From positions 212,350,001-212,414,000 of the forward strand of contig OX597814.1 in the NCBI GenBank assembly GCA_951406725.2: a stretch of DNA of 64,000 nucleotides, read 5' to 3'. A model generated the notes under the pieces. It was given only the letters and a program-made list of their open reading frames with translations, was not told where the DNA came from and did not search any database. Every line of letters begins with the position of its first letter. Within the stretch, counting starts at the first letter, position 1. The translations under genes were made by a program, and so were the position numbers. Origin of the DNA: Octopus vulgaris. Taxonomy: Eukaryota. This document shows, one piece after another, positions 26,199 to 39,846 of the stretch.

Positions 26199-26669
26199 TA
26201 GATATATATATATATACACATATGTATATACATATCAATATATATATGCATACATACATACGTATATGTGTATGCATGTATGTATGTATGTGCAAATATC
26301 ATGAAATACGTTAAGAGCGCTAAATAAATTTGAAAACAGTTGTCGGCTTTCTATCTTCAGCACATTTCAAGCATTCAGCGACAATATGAGTCTTCAAAGA
26401 CAGTTTCTCCCATAAATTCTAACATAGAATTTAAGATTTATGGATGGTCAGATTTGAGAACAAAAAATTACGGTGGAGTTATATAAGGAAACGGAGCATT
26501 ACAATGGTAACACGATGTAAACTGCATCCTAAGGATATATCTCCTGAGAGTGACTTTATTTACAAACTACAAGATGGAATACCATCCATTATAATAACAC
26601 GTTAAAATGAAGTTCTATCTTTCATTACCAGGTTTATTACATTACTTTACATTATTGTTTTTTTTTAAT

Positions 26670-26850
26670 TGTGTCTGGGGAGAGTCATTCTCTTTTAGTG
26701 CCTTATAGTGTAGCACACTCACGGTAAAATTTCCACTTATTTCTTATTTTTATTTCCAAAAATTTTCGTGGCGTCTTGCAACCTTTTCAATAGTCTTGAC
26801 TCTGTCCCTTATTTACACTGCGTTCCCTTTTGTTTGTTTGTGCGCATGTG
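26670..26850 (+). repeat. Interspersed repeat (family D) followed by degenerate (TG)n tract to ~27190
   Basis: Inverse homolog at 43385-43552 (GTGTCTGG.G.GAGTCATTCTCTTTTAG..CCTTAT). Confidence 0.7.
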
Positions 26851-27599
26851 TGTGGGTCAGTGTGTGTGTGTGTGTGTGTGCCTATACATGCATACATGTA
26901 CGTATGTATGTGTGTGTGTGTTTGCATGTGTATGTATGTATATATTTGTGTGTATGCATATGTATGTGTGTGCATCTGTATGTACGAATCCTGCATATGT
27001 ATGTGCTTGCCTGTCCGTGTTTGTGTATTTTCTATCTATGTGTGTGTGTGATAATGTGTTTGTATGTGTATGCACCTCTGTCTCCTTGTGTGTGTATATC
27101 TGTATGTGTGTGTGTTATGTAACTATGTACCATGTTTGTATGTATGGATGTGCATCTTTATATGTGTGGATCCGTGTCTCCATGTGTGTCTGTTCATATA
27201 GTCTATATACCTCTCCGTCTGGATAGCAGTTGATAATGTCCAGTAAAATGTTTTGACATAAGATTTAGTAAAAAATATTTTTTCTGGTAAAATTTTATAT
27301 ATAGTGTGGTTTGTTGGTGCTAAAAGCTACAACTAAAACCAAAACATACATGATGTACTGCCGGTACTAATTTCTCATTTTTCTATGCAATAGTAAGTAC
27401 CTGGTTAAATATACGTAGATACCCATCCAGTAGTATAATAGATATTTAACATCCCTTAGATGGTTGATAATTAAGCCTCCAAAAGAATGTAGGAATTGTA
27501 ACATTTGGTGCGAAATATATCATGCAACCATAGTAGATGCAATACAATAGTAATAACGCGATAGCTGACTATTAGTCACAAGTACCGTGATCTATCTTA

Positions 27600-27770
27600 T
27601 CAACACGGAAACAATAAATTCTGATGGAATCTATGAAAGAAAATGGAAATCAAACGCTTCGCAAACACAATTATCAACTATAAACACCGAACAATATATT
27701 GGAAACTATATCAAATAGTATGGGATTGCAATTCCAAGTACTAAACCTAGCATCGTGTGGGGATGCGAAA
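27600..27770 (+). mobile_element. Possible highly decayed PLE GIY-YIG remnant
   Basis: Weak KRFAN..KPSIVW resemblance only. Confidence 0.25.
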
Positions 27771-29926
27771 ATAATCTAAATATAAATTACAGATGTGTTT
27801 TCTCAGGAAGAAACGTCTTGGAAATGTCCATGAATATTTCCTCGTCATTTCATTTGAAACTTTATAGTAGCTGTATGAGAAATGAAACAAGCTGTTTAAA
27901 ACGAATTGCTTTATAAATGGAGATTATGTTAACATATACTCTTAGTACTTACTCATATAATTGGATAAGGAAGAAATCGTGTAGTGTTAAGGAATATGTA
28001 ATACGGAATATAATGTGTTACTTTATCCCTGAAAATACAATTCTTGGACTAATTTGTCAGTGTAACAGAATCTTTAGCTTCAATTCTTTACGCTCGCAGT
28101 TCTAATCGCATGAGACTATACAAGATTATACGTATTTATTTTTCCTATCGAAAAAAGGATAAAATGATTGTCTTTCCTGTGAAAAAAAGTCAATCTGTTC
28201 TATGCAGTTACTTTAACAATATAGGTTAAACATCTGTCAGAGAAAACTAACGTGTCTCATTAACGTGAAGAAAAACATTAACTTTTGATGACAGAGCAAT
28301 GTTTAATCATCAATCATCGTTTTACCAGAAAAACTTATTAATAGCGAAATAATTCTATGAAATTGTTTTACAAAATGCTCTTTCTTTGTACCAGACAGAC
28401 CTGCTTTTACGAAGTAAAGTTAATTTTCATTGCACAATATGTCTTAGTACAGTTTAATGTTTGACAGTGTTCATATCAATCTCTACTTGTAGCTATACAC
28501 TTTGTTCTTAAATCTATCTTGTTTATCAAAAATTTTCGAGATAGATATCACCTCGTGATTGTTATGCGACATTATTCCCATATTCCCCTTTACCCGCTAC
28601 TGAAAAAAAAAAAAGAAGATTTCTTTACTGATTTATGAGTATATCAGCCCAGGGAAATATGGACGTAGATGATTAGAATAAGAAACAAATAATCAATAAT
28701 GCATATTTTCCATTTACTGTACAGCTAATATTAGAAGACATATATCTTGAGAACTTCTTAACTATTCTAAGCTGGCATACTTAAGCGTTTCAATATGGCA
28801 TACCGAATGATAATATTAGAAATATCTCGATATTTCAGAAAGATCTAACACCATTTAGTCCAGAACAGAATTATGTTTTACCCATTTTGTTTCTAAAAAG
28901 AACGATTATTGTATGCATTTGGAAAACCAGTTGCATATTTACAACTTTGTTCAATGCATCTGCTGTTTGAGTAGCACAAATAAAGTCAGCATGTTGTTTT
29001 TAAATCTTTATATTACCATTGATATAGTTTTTAAAACTTTTGATTGATCTTAAATCTCAAAACAATATTATTTTCATTTTTCCATATACTTAATTCGTGT
29101 ATTTTCATGAATCAATAAATGAAACCACTTTGCTACAAAATCGTATTCTGTGACGGATAGAGAATAATTATGCGCAATTCATTTAAATATCTGTGTAATT
29201 ATCACATTGAATAAAAAAAGAATATCGTAGCAAACATGGCAAATATATGAATCATTACATAGGGAGGCGATAGTGAACAGAATACTAATATCATACATTT
29301 TTTTAACTATATATCGCATAAAGTGTGTTCCTGTAGGAGAAAAAAGAATTGCTGGAATGAAGATGTATATGAAATTGAAAAAGCAATCATGCAAATCAGT
29401 TCAGTGAATAACATCAAAGTTTATATTGTAAAATGTATCTACTTGTTAGCATATGAAACGAGTTGATATTTAAATATATTAAGTTTATAAAAATTATCCT
29501 AACGAACAATAAATACAAAGCTTTCGGAGCAACGGAAATTAAAATTCATATCTAAAATCGTTGCTTATACTTAAACACATAACTTAGTTATAGGCGAGAT
29601 TACGAGAACATTTGATGCAAACGGAACATCCATAATTCTACATGGATTTTGTTTAAATGATAATTATATTTTTGCAAAGGATTTTAAGTCTTGATATTCA
29701 TGCGCAGAATAATGTTATCGTTCACCATTCAAATAAATCGGAGAAAAATAGAAAAGCCAACATATAACATGCACCTTTGATTTATGAAATACTTTTTTCA
29801 AAGTGTACGTGAAATAACGCAAGGTTTTAGATCACTTACTGTAATATCTAGACAAACATAATTTACATGTTTCTGTCGAAACATATGTACGTACATATTT
29901 ATATGTGCGCTTATGTTTCTATTTTG

Positions 29927-29968
<42 letters not shown>

Positions 29969-30791
29969 AATATGTATGTATATCTGTTTGTGTATATGTA
30001 TGTGAGTTCGTGTTTTCAGTGGCATCTGCATGCATGTATGCATGCCTACACATACTTACATACACAGGCATATGTAAAGAGAAGCGAAGAGAAGAATTAG
30101 TTGAGAAATCGTTCAATGAATGACAGATTGTGCGTACACTCATGGTTAATTTATTTACAAAGCTTTTAGTTGTTTAGGGGCATTTACAAAATTATGTTTG
30201 AGAACGTTCACGAAGTCACCCACGAGAACATAACTTCCAGTTTGTGAAAGCACATTTGAAGCATGTACATAAAATTAATATATGCACGATTTAAAATACA
30301 GCTTAATCCAGATTTTAGACGCACAGCTGTAACTGAAGCCAGTTATTTCCTGTATCAATCGATCTATATATCAATTAATTTCTTTATTTCCATATTTGAA
30401 TACGCAGTATTTGCGCTATTATTTTTGTTGTTATATTATTATTTGTTTCGGAATGTATTGATATTATGATGGTATCTGAGGCCCTGCACGTAATGCATTG
30501 GAATAGTGTTTAATCAATATGTTGCGACTTTAAATATGTTGTATACGCTTCAATGTGTTCATAGTTGAGATGCTTAAATGTACATTGATGTAGCACAATG
30601 ACTCTCTATCATCTGGTTACTACACAGCGACTGGAATCTAAATACAGCCATTACGAATATCTATGTTCCCTAAAGTTTACAGTACAAATCCTGTAGAATT
30701 CTTCATTGAGATTTTTAACGGAGAAGCTGAATTTTTGCCTCGATTACTGCGATGCAGTATTCCGAAAAAAGCCAAGTAGGCTTGTAGAAAT

Positions 30792-30832
<41 letters not shown>

Positions 30833-30869
30833 GAAGAGAGAGACAGAGAAATATATATATATATACATA

Positions 30870-31242
30870 GGCGCAGGAGTGGCTGTGTGGTAAGTAGCTT
30901 TCTAACCAACCACATGGTTCCGGATGGCATCTTGGGCAAGTGTCTTCTGCTGTAGCCCCGGGCCGACCAATGCCTTGTGAGTGGATTTGGTAGACGGAAA
31001 CGGAAAGAAGCCTGTCATATATATGTATATATATATATATGTATGTGTGTGTACCCCTAGCATTGCTTGCCAGCCGATGCTGGTGTGTTTACGTCCCCGT
31101 CACTTAGCGGGTCGGCAAAAGAGACCGATAGAATAAGTACTGGGCTTACAAAGAATAAGTCCCGGGGTCGATTTGCTCGACTAAAGGCGGTGCTCCGGCA
31201 TGGCCGCAGTCAGATGACTGAAACAAGTAAAAGAGTAAAAGA
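30870..31242 (+). mobile_element. SINE S1 with internal deletion in the B-box region
   Basis: Matches S1 head and tail; lacks the GTTCAGTCCCACTGCG segment. Confidence 0.9.
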
Positions 31243-31345
31243 ATACATATATATACATATATGTATATATACATATATATATACATATATATATATACAT
31301 ATATATATACATATATATATACATATATATATATACATATATACA

Positions 31346-31399
<54 letters not shown>

Positions 31400-31468
31400 A
31401 GAAGAAGAAGAAGAAGAAGAAGAAGAAGAAGAAGAGAAGAAGAAGAAGAAGAAGAAGAAGAAGAAGAA

Positions 31469-31499
<31 letters not shown>

Positions 31500-31520
31500 A
31501 AGAAGAAGAAGAAGAAGAAG

Positions 31521-31550
<30 letters not shown>
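31243..31550. repeat. (TA/CA)n then (GAA)n microsatellite
   Basis: Simple repeats; ~50 GAA units. Confidence 0.95.
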
Positions 31551-31553
<3 letters not shown>

Positions 31554-32010
31554 TGTACTCAGAAATCTGGATGGTTTTATATTTACAGACTTTTATTAAT
31601 ATGTCACATGTTTTTATAAATCATATATTAGCGCTTGCATCTACTCTAGTAGACTCTCCAGATTTGAATTTGTTTGAGAAGATTCGTCTCTTTTTATAGC
31701 ATTATTGAGTGTGTAAGGGGTGGGGAGAGAGGATAACAAAAGAATGTGAGGAATGGGGAGAAATTGAGAGAAAGAGAGAGTGTGTGTGTTTATGTGTGTA
31801 TGTGTGTGTGTGTGTTTGTGTGTGTCTGTGTGTCTATGTATGTGTTTGTGTGTGTGTGTGTGTATGTGTATCTGAAATAAGTGACAAAGGAAAAGAGAAG
31901 GAAAGAAAGAAGGAAGAGAGAAAGAGGAAAAAATGTGTTTACATCTTTACAGCTAGTCAGCTCTTTAAACACATCTCTTTCTTCTTTCTCTCTTCCTTCT
32001 TTGAAAATTG
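31545..32010 (+). repeat. Family C repeat with purine/pyrimidine inverted repeat
   Basis: Homology to 15801-15911; AGAAGGAAGAGAGAAAGA..ATGTGTTTA / TAAACACAT..TCTTTCTCTCTTCCTTCT inverted arms at ~31908-32000. Confidence 0.55.
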
Positions 32011-32207
32011 GTTTAGATTGTCTTTCTCGCAAATTCATTTGGAGTGAGACCTTGTGAGGGATCGTTGGGTATAAAGACATTATAATGAAACACACCTTGT
32101 GTTGAATTTACTTGCAATTCTAGGGTATATTCTTCCAGCAAATTATCGAAGAATATCATAATGAATATCGCCGAAACGAAAGAAGAATGATTCGTTTAGT
32201 ATATATA

Positions 32208-35040
32208 CTTTTTCTTTTTAGTTTCAGCTCAGAGATGCCGCCATGCTGATGCACCGCCATTTCGCTACACTTTTATTACTAAGAGCCTCCTCAAATATGT
32301 GGCACTTGGTGAAGAATGATGTTTGATATAGCTACCCTCATTTGCACCTCTTGCTCAGAGGTAGGTTCATCTGGGACACTCGACAAGAAGAGGTCCAGCT
32401 TTGATTTTAAAAATCCTAAATCTACTTTGTGCAAGTTCCTCAGACTCTTTGGGAGAATATTAAAAAGCTGTGGGCCTTTGAAACCCAGGCTGTTGCAGTA
32501 ACTGGTCCTGAAGCTTGATGACATTACTGAGATATTTGGCACTATGCAGTGTCGTCCCGTTCTGGCATTGGTGTAGCTTTCAATGACAAAATTTGGCACA
32601 ATTCCTTCCAGGACCTTCCAGATATATATTACTGCATACCTCTCCCGTCTTCTTTCCAGGGAGTAGAGTCTTAGCTCTTTCAAGCTTTCCCCGTAGCTGA
32701 GCTGTTGCAAAGAGACGATCTTCTTTGTGAATCTTCTCTGGATTGCTTCAAGGTCCGCTGTTAATTTCACACTGGTGGGTGATCATAGATGTGAGCAGTA
32801 ATCCAGGCGGCTAAGGACGAATGTCTGCCAGAGGACCATCATAGTTTCCTTATCTCTGCTTCCGAATGTTGTTAGGATCCATCAGCCAGTCGTCTGCACT
32901 TTGTCGCCATCCTGGTAATGTGTACTTGAAAAGAGGTATCATCACTCATGTCGATACCCAGGTACCTCACTGACTTAGGCTGTGGGATTGAAATTCCCTG
33001 TGGACCGGTGTACCCTGTAAGTTTTATATTCAGTCTTTGATGCTGGTAGCGCAGGGCCTGGAATTTTTCAGCATTAAACTGCATATTATTATCCGCAGCC
33101 AATTTGTAAATTGAGTCCAACTCCTGCTACAGGTGTGCAACATCGCTGGGGTTCTGTATTTTCTGCGAGACTTTCGTATCATCTGTATAGTTTGCCAGAG
33201 TGGCTATGTGGGCATTTGAGGGCATATCTGAGACGGCCACTATAAAAAACAGTGGTCCAAAGACAGTGCTCTGTGGAACATTGCTTACTATTTGTGTGTT
33301 CATAGAGGTGGCTCCATTAGCCACTACTGCCAGACTCCTATCGTTCAGGAAGTCATGTGCTCACACTCCAAGTTTTCCAACTATGCCAAGGTCACGCAGT
33401 TTGTGGCATATCATACCAAGATCTACCATGTCAAAAGCTTTTGCAAACTCAAGGTATATTACGTCCACATTTGATTTGTTGAGTACTTGCCTCAACACTC
33501 AGTAACAATGTTGTTAGGGCTGGGTCGGACAGCTCCTACCTGGTCGAAAACCATGCTGGATACCCCTCAGCAAGTTATTTTCTTCAAGGAATGCGGTTAA
33601 TGTTCCTCTGACTATCCATTCCATGACTTTGCTGATGTGTGAAGTCAGAGAGATAGGCCTATAGTTTTTGGCATCTGCTCTACTTCCGCCTTTATGTATT
33701 GGGCATATTATTCTCTCCTTCAGCTTGCTTGGCAGTTTGCCATTTGTAAGAAAGCTCTGGAAGAGAATCTTAAGGGGTTTTGCCAGGGCATACTTACACG
33801 ATTTGAGGGAGATTGGTGGGAAACCATCAGGACCAGCAGTTGAGTTTGTGTCCACTTCATCTATGGCTAATAGTATATCTTCTTCGCTGATTATAGGAGA
33901 GGCGGCAAAGAAGTCCACTGGTTCGTTCACTTGTCTGTGTTCCAACGGGGTGGTAAAGGAACTTTTGCACTGGTCATTCAGTATCTCACTGATCTTAGTT
34001 GGACTTTCTGTGTGGGAGCCATCCTTTTGGAGGAGGTATCCTATCTTGTAGTGTACTGAGGCTGTTTCTTTCGCGTAATGAAAGAAGGCCTTTGGGTTTG
34101 ACTTAATTTTTTTTTATAACCCAGGCTTCTTTCTCTGCTTTCTCCCCCACATAGGATTGTTGTAGCCTTTTTTCGATCTTCATCAGTGTTGTTTTTAGGC
34201 GGGACGTTTCGCTACTTTTGGGATGTTTTTGGAGTCGATTTGCTACCTTCGTCCGTCGTCTCATGAGGATCTTCCTCTCTCTTGGAATCTTGCTCCTATT
34301 TGTGGCATATGGCTTGCACGGAAGACATGAAACATTCTAGTTTCATGTCAATGTCTGGTGTGGAGAGACATTTCGGCCAGTTCTTTCTGAGGATCTGTTT
34401 TTGGATCGATTTCCAATCTGCTTTGTGGAAGTTCAGATTGTAGAGATTTCGCGTGCTTCCTTTAGGCTGTATGTCTCTGGTTACTTTCGGCCCAAACATT
34501 GACAGCTCTAATATGTTGTGATCCGAGACTAATGTCGGTATCACTTTCACCTCATGATTGATGTCCATATTGTTCATGAAGCAGAGATCCAGAATGTTAT
34601 TCACCCTAGTTGGTCTGAATACAACTTGCTCCATGAATAGTGCATTGGTGAGGTTGAGCATGTACTCTATCTGTGCTTGCTTGCAATGAGTAATTCCTGA
34701 GAGTATGAGACCTTCGGGCCATTTGACGTTGGCGAAGTTGAAATCACTCATAAGAAATATCGTCACGTGGTGTTCCAGATTCATGAGAATCTCTTAAATT
34801 CTTGCGAGGCAATCTTCAAACTTGCCTATGTGGTTTGGAGCATCTGGTGGGCAATATGTATTGCATATGACTATATTATGTTGTCTTATGTATCCAATTA
34901 GAGTGTCACATACCGAATTTGAGTATGACAGTAAGACCTGGGGTGTGACCTCATCACGGATGTATACAGCAACTCCACCATGCCTCCTTTTACTTCCGTC
35001 TCTTCATAGAATGGCATAGTTTGGTACGTATGCTTCTGCT
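32208..35040 (-). mobile_element. CR1/L2-group LINE ORF2 (APE endonuclease + RT), disrupted, with 3' UTR
   Basis: GGVAVYI, SDFNF, ILDLCF, SDHN (EN); NYRPISLTSHISKVME, QHGFRPGRS, FAKAFD, VPQSTVFGPLFF, YTDDTK (RT); LYSLERRRERY..LDLFLSSVPDEP; many stops and frameshifts. Confidence 0.92.
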
Positions 35041-36091
35041 AGTTTACTAACAATATCTGCAAATAAAGCTCGTCAAGCATAACTGAAATGATAAAATTAC
35101 ATGATCTATACCCTTGAACGTTATTTATTGAACGTGTGCTTCTATATCAGGGCTGAGGTGAGAGACAAAGGGATAATAGTGCAGCTTCAATTTTTGTCTC
35201 TTATTTAACAGTTAATTATACAGCAAAATAGGCTTGTTAAAATGTCAGACACGTGTTTCTGTTGCTTAGAATATGTGCAGTTGCTTATGAAATCCACACT
35301 ATTCAGCTATTCGTCTTCATTTAGGGACTTATTTTTAAGCATGATCCGAAGCAAAGAAAGTTTATTTCTGCGTGGCTAGCTTATGAAGTTTCAGGACCAA
35401 AACGAAAGTGAAGGTGAGATGCTGAAAACTGATTTGGCAATAAAATTTACTATGTATTTTACCTCCTGTTAACCCTAGTTCCAGAACGAAACTGAATCTG
35501 CGTCTTCACATTCCGCGTGGAGGTTTACACATCGGTCAAACTTTCGAGCCCGAGCGGCATCAATGATATTTTCATGAGGAATCTTTAACTCGAGCACATA
35601 CACAACTTTCTTTCACATTATATTAAAATGTCCGGATTTCTCGTAGCTGTGATGGGGAAGAGTCCTGGCACACTGGTATATCTGCATCCACGTCCCATTC
35701 TTTTTCTTGAAACAGATTTGCTGCCCTGAGCGCACGAAGGTATTGAAATCTCTAGTTGATTCTACTATTAATATTCACTATTATATAATCAATTATTTTT
35801 CATAAAGTTTTCGCACTTTCTTTATTGGTGCATTCATATTATACACTTTGTTTCAATAAAAAATTACATAAACAGGGTCTAATATTTTTTACAATTATAA
35901 TTGCTTTTCTCATTATCCTAGAAATTTATTAATTTTGAAGGAAATACATATACAGGCAGGTTTCATTTAATCCAAATATTATATAACAAAGAATATTTAT
36001 TAGTTTTATTGGATTGTCTGGAAAAAAGGGTATTACAATGAAAAATGCTGTTGCATGCATGTTAATATTTTTTTAAGATATTACACGTGAA

Positions 36092-37065
36092 AAAGTACAG
36101 AACAAGATTTCTACAGAGGAATTTAGCTAATTCGTCACCTCTAAAGGAAACTAAAAAATACTTAAAATTAAAATTCTTCTGTACTTAAAATATTGCAGCT
36201 GAGAATAACATTTTAAAAAATTAAAATACATTATATTAGATAAATTTGAGATAATTTATTTTATTTATAATGGGAATCTAAAAAACAAGTCAATCTTTAA
36301 AAGTATGGTACAAAAATAATTAAAAAAAAATTTAATCATGTTTTTGAAATGTGCAATTAAAATAGTAATTTTATTTAGTTGTATGAAGTACAAGCAATAG
36401 AATGTGAGTGTGGAACTAATATTGCAGAATATTTCTTTTTCACTTGAATTGAATTGAAATCCCATTATAAAGAAAATAACTGACTGCAGTACAATGGCCA
36501 TTAAATGGATTCAAATCAACCATATGCACAGTCAATTCTTCCACATTAAAAAAAGATCAATCTGACAAATGAATCATAAGTAAAATTTATTAGTAATCAT
36601 TAATAAAGTAGAATTAGCCTAATTCGTTACTTCACCTAATTTGTCACTTTCAATTTTCTTCTAGGGATGATTAATTAGGCGAAATCTACTGTATTTTCTT
36701 TGTATTAATTTTATTTCATTTTTAAGATACTGCTTTTTACAAAAATACTTTCATGGGCTTAAATACAGACTTAAACAAGTTTAATTAATTATTTTTCTAA
36801 AAATAATAAAATTTATTAGGGCAATAAATGAAAAGACATTCTTAATGTAAACCCATAAGCTTAAAATCGGTTGGGTTTATTTTGGGAAAATCCAGTAATG
36901 TATTTTTTATAAATTTTGTTTTAATAAAATATAGTACGTTTCTAACATGTTATTCTCGGTTGCAATAATTCAAGTAGAATAAAATGTTAACGTGAAGTAC
37001 TTTTTAGTTTCTTTTAGCGGTGTCGAATTAGGCAAATTCTACAGTAGAAATCTGGTTCTGTATTT
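36092..37065. mobile_element. Inverted-repeat (pogo/Tigger-like MITE) structure
   Basis: ~70-bp imperfect inverted repeats 36093-36163 / 36995-37065; related CAGTAGATTTCGCCTAATT-type ends at 36606-36692. Confidence 0.65.
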
Positions 37066-37120
37066 TTCTAGGTGTAGTAAATTAAGAATATTAATATGCA
37101 TGTGGCCGCATTTTTAATTG

Positions 37121-37188
<68 letters not shown>

Positions 37189-37234
37189 CTGTATAGTAGG
37201 AGGAGAAACCTATGTGTATCGCACATACTATATG

Positions 37235-37312
<78 letters not shown>

Positions 37313-37689
37313 CGTATATAGGAGCACAACTAAAACTTGCTTTACTTTCCTGAGACCTTTCTGAAGCATAAATAATACGAAAGAAAATTTTGCCGAAATA
37401 TACTTTTGCTGACATAAATTGCGATTATGTTGATAACATTCGAAAATATATTTCGGCGGGATTTACTGCTCATTAGCCTCTCCGTAACTGTACAAGATGC
37501 ATGTTTCTAAAGCCATTTTTTAGATACACGCGTTCAAGGGCATATATCATGTAATTTTATCATTTCAGTTATGCTTGACATGCTTTATTTTCAGATATTG
37601 TTAGTAAACCAATTATGTGATGACGCAGTGTGTACAACTTCGGTGGAATAATTATAGATTATTACCACCATTTTCACTGGCGTATATAT

Positions 37690-37876
37690 CCTTTCTACTC
37701 TAGACACAAGGTCCGACATTTTGGGGGAGAGGACCAGTCGATTAGATCGACCCCGGTACGGATTTAATACTTTATTTATCGACTCCCGCGGAATTTGAAT
37801 TCAGAAGGTAGCGACGGACGAAATACTGCCAAGTATTTCGCCCAGCGTGCTAACGATTTTGCCAGCTCACCGCCTT
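37690..37876 (-). mobile_element. SINE family S2 with 18-bp TSD
   Basis: Minus-strand GGCGGTGAGCTGGCAAAATCGTTAGCACG..GAATTCAAATTCC tRNA-like head; flanked by TTTCACTGG(C/T)GTATATAT at 37672 and 37875. Confidence 0.8.
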
Positions 37877-39034
37877 TCACTGGTGTATATATAAACATGA
37901 ATGTAAACTACACCATATTTAAAATGCAGTATATACTACAGCATCGGGGAATCGGATAGTAGCATCTGCATATATATAGAGAGGCAGTGCAAAAAGAAAC
38001 CGCTTCCACTGCCTAGCTACTTAACTAAAACGTCATTATTGATGAAGAAATCCAACATTGGTAAAAGAGGCGCCTGTGTATATGTGTCGTTTTATTCCAT
38101 TTGAATGCTGATAGAGTGGAAACCAGTAAATATTTAACCATCCATCTGTTTTATTAGTTAACCTAAAACAGACTATAACACTCTATTTATGACGGTTGGG
38201 TATAATTTGGCTTCTACTTCTAGAAACTCATTCATAATTCCTTTTTTCAGAGATGGCATTTATTTTTAGCAACCGTAAATTTATCCATACTTTTTAAACG
38301 CACATCATATTTAGTGAGAAAATTAATGGGTTAATGGTTTATGATGGAGAAGATGCTTAAAAGGAACTCGTTTTATTCATCATAGATATCTTATAAAACA
38401 AATAATAGCAAACTCTGAATACATTGAGCAATCATGCTTCTTGTATGCATTTTATGTATGTATTCACATATTATCTATAAACAATCATCAATGTATTCTC
38501 AATGTCTCTGAAGCAATTTCTTACTGTTTCGCGAAAGCAAAGTAAAGTTATTGCATATGTATTATTTCAGAACACGGCCTCATTCATATTACTGCCATTA
38601 ATCTTAATATAAAGAATCCCTATACAGAATTAAATTCCCTCCGTGAATATCTACTAAAAATATTGATAATAGCTGAAATAATTCCACATTTGTTTTTCTT
38701 GGTTACCTTCTTTTAGCAAATGTAAGCTTGTTTTCAGTTTTTGATAGGTTTAATATAAATACATTTATAACGATACACGTGTTTTACGTATATGTTTTCA
38801 ACTGTAAAATATGTATGTACATATGTATAATTGTAATTCCTAACTACTGGTGTAGGCAAACTGTTTAGTCACCTGTATATATAAACATAAACCTTCAGCT
38901 TACAATTAACTGGTTAAATATTTACTGCTTCTACTCTATCAGAGTTCAGTGCATCTATTCCTGTAAAGTAGAAAAAAATTCAAGGTGAAATGTAGAATAA
39001 TTGATTATTCTAACTGTTACCTGTACCTTTTATA

Positions 39035-39250
39035 TTTTATTTGTTTCGGCTGTTATGTCACCGTCTTGCAAGGATTTCACGAACAAATCGTCCCCAATAG
39101 TTATGTTGTTTTCAAATCTGGTACTTATTCTACCGGTCTCTCTTGCCGAACAGCTAACTCAAGAGGACGTGACCATACCCACACGGTTTGTCAAACAGTG
39201 ATGGGGGAGAGCAGACATAGACAAAGAGACAAACACACCCACTTATACAC
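39035..39250 (-). mobile_element. Diverged SINE S1 3' half
   Basis: GGTACTTATTCTACCGGTCTC..GCCGAAC.GCTAA..TTGTCAA matches S1. Confidence 0.7.
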
Positions 39251-39272
39251 ACACGCACATACATATATATAT

Positions 39273-39696
39273 ATCGTGACGTATATTTGCCATTTGAATA
39301 TGGCTAACCCCTAAGGGTGGATGCTACTGTAGTTTGTAGCCCCAGGAAGACACCTCCTCCAGCTGGCTATAGACACACTTTCTGTGCCCTATCAGTATTT
39401 GTGAAGGGAAGTCATCCTTCCCGTCTTCAACTTATGATACACACGAACTCGAGTTTAAAGGTATTGGCCTATCATCGGCGTGTGACAATCATAGTTGTCG
39501 ACGAGAAGTCAGTTCCCCTCAGAAATACATATACTTCAATATCAGTGTCAATCGATACTGGAAAAAGTAGAGGAGGTGTCTTCCTGGGGCTACAAACTAC
39601 AGTAGCATCCACCCTTAGGGGTTAGCCATATTCAAATGGCAAATATACGTCACGATGTGTTGCCGCTACTGTTTATAACTCGCTCTGAGATCTATC

Positions 39697-39700
<4 letters not shown>
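39273..39700. mobile_element. TA-flanked element with perfect 87-bp inverted repeat and degenerate HHR (family H3)
   Basis: 39273-39359 is the inverse of 39570-39656; single-orientation homolog at 57150-57310. Confidence 0.8.
39440..39484 (-). ncRNA. Degenerate type I hammerhead
   Basis: CACACG-CCGATGA-TAGG.CCAATA.CCTT-TAAA-CTCGAG-TT-CGTGTG: perfect stem I and palindromic stem III, but U4>C and G12>T. Confidence 0.6.
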
Positions 39701-39747
<47 letters not shown>

Positions 39748-39779
39748 ACTTAATATATATATATATATATATACACATA

Positions 39780-39846
<67 letters not shown>

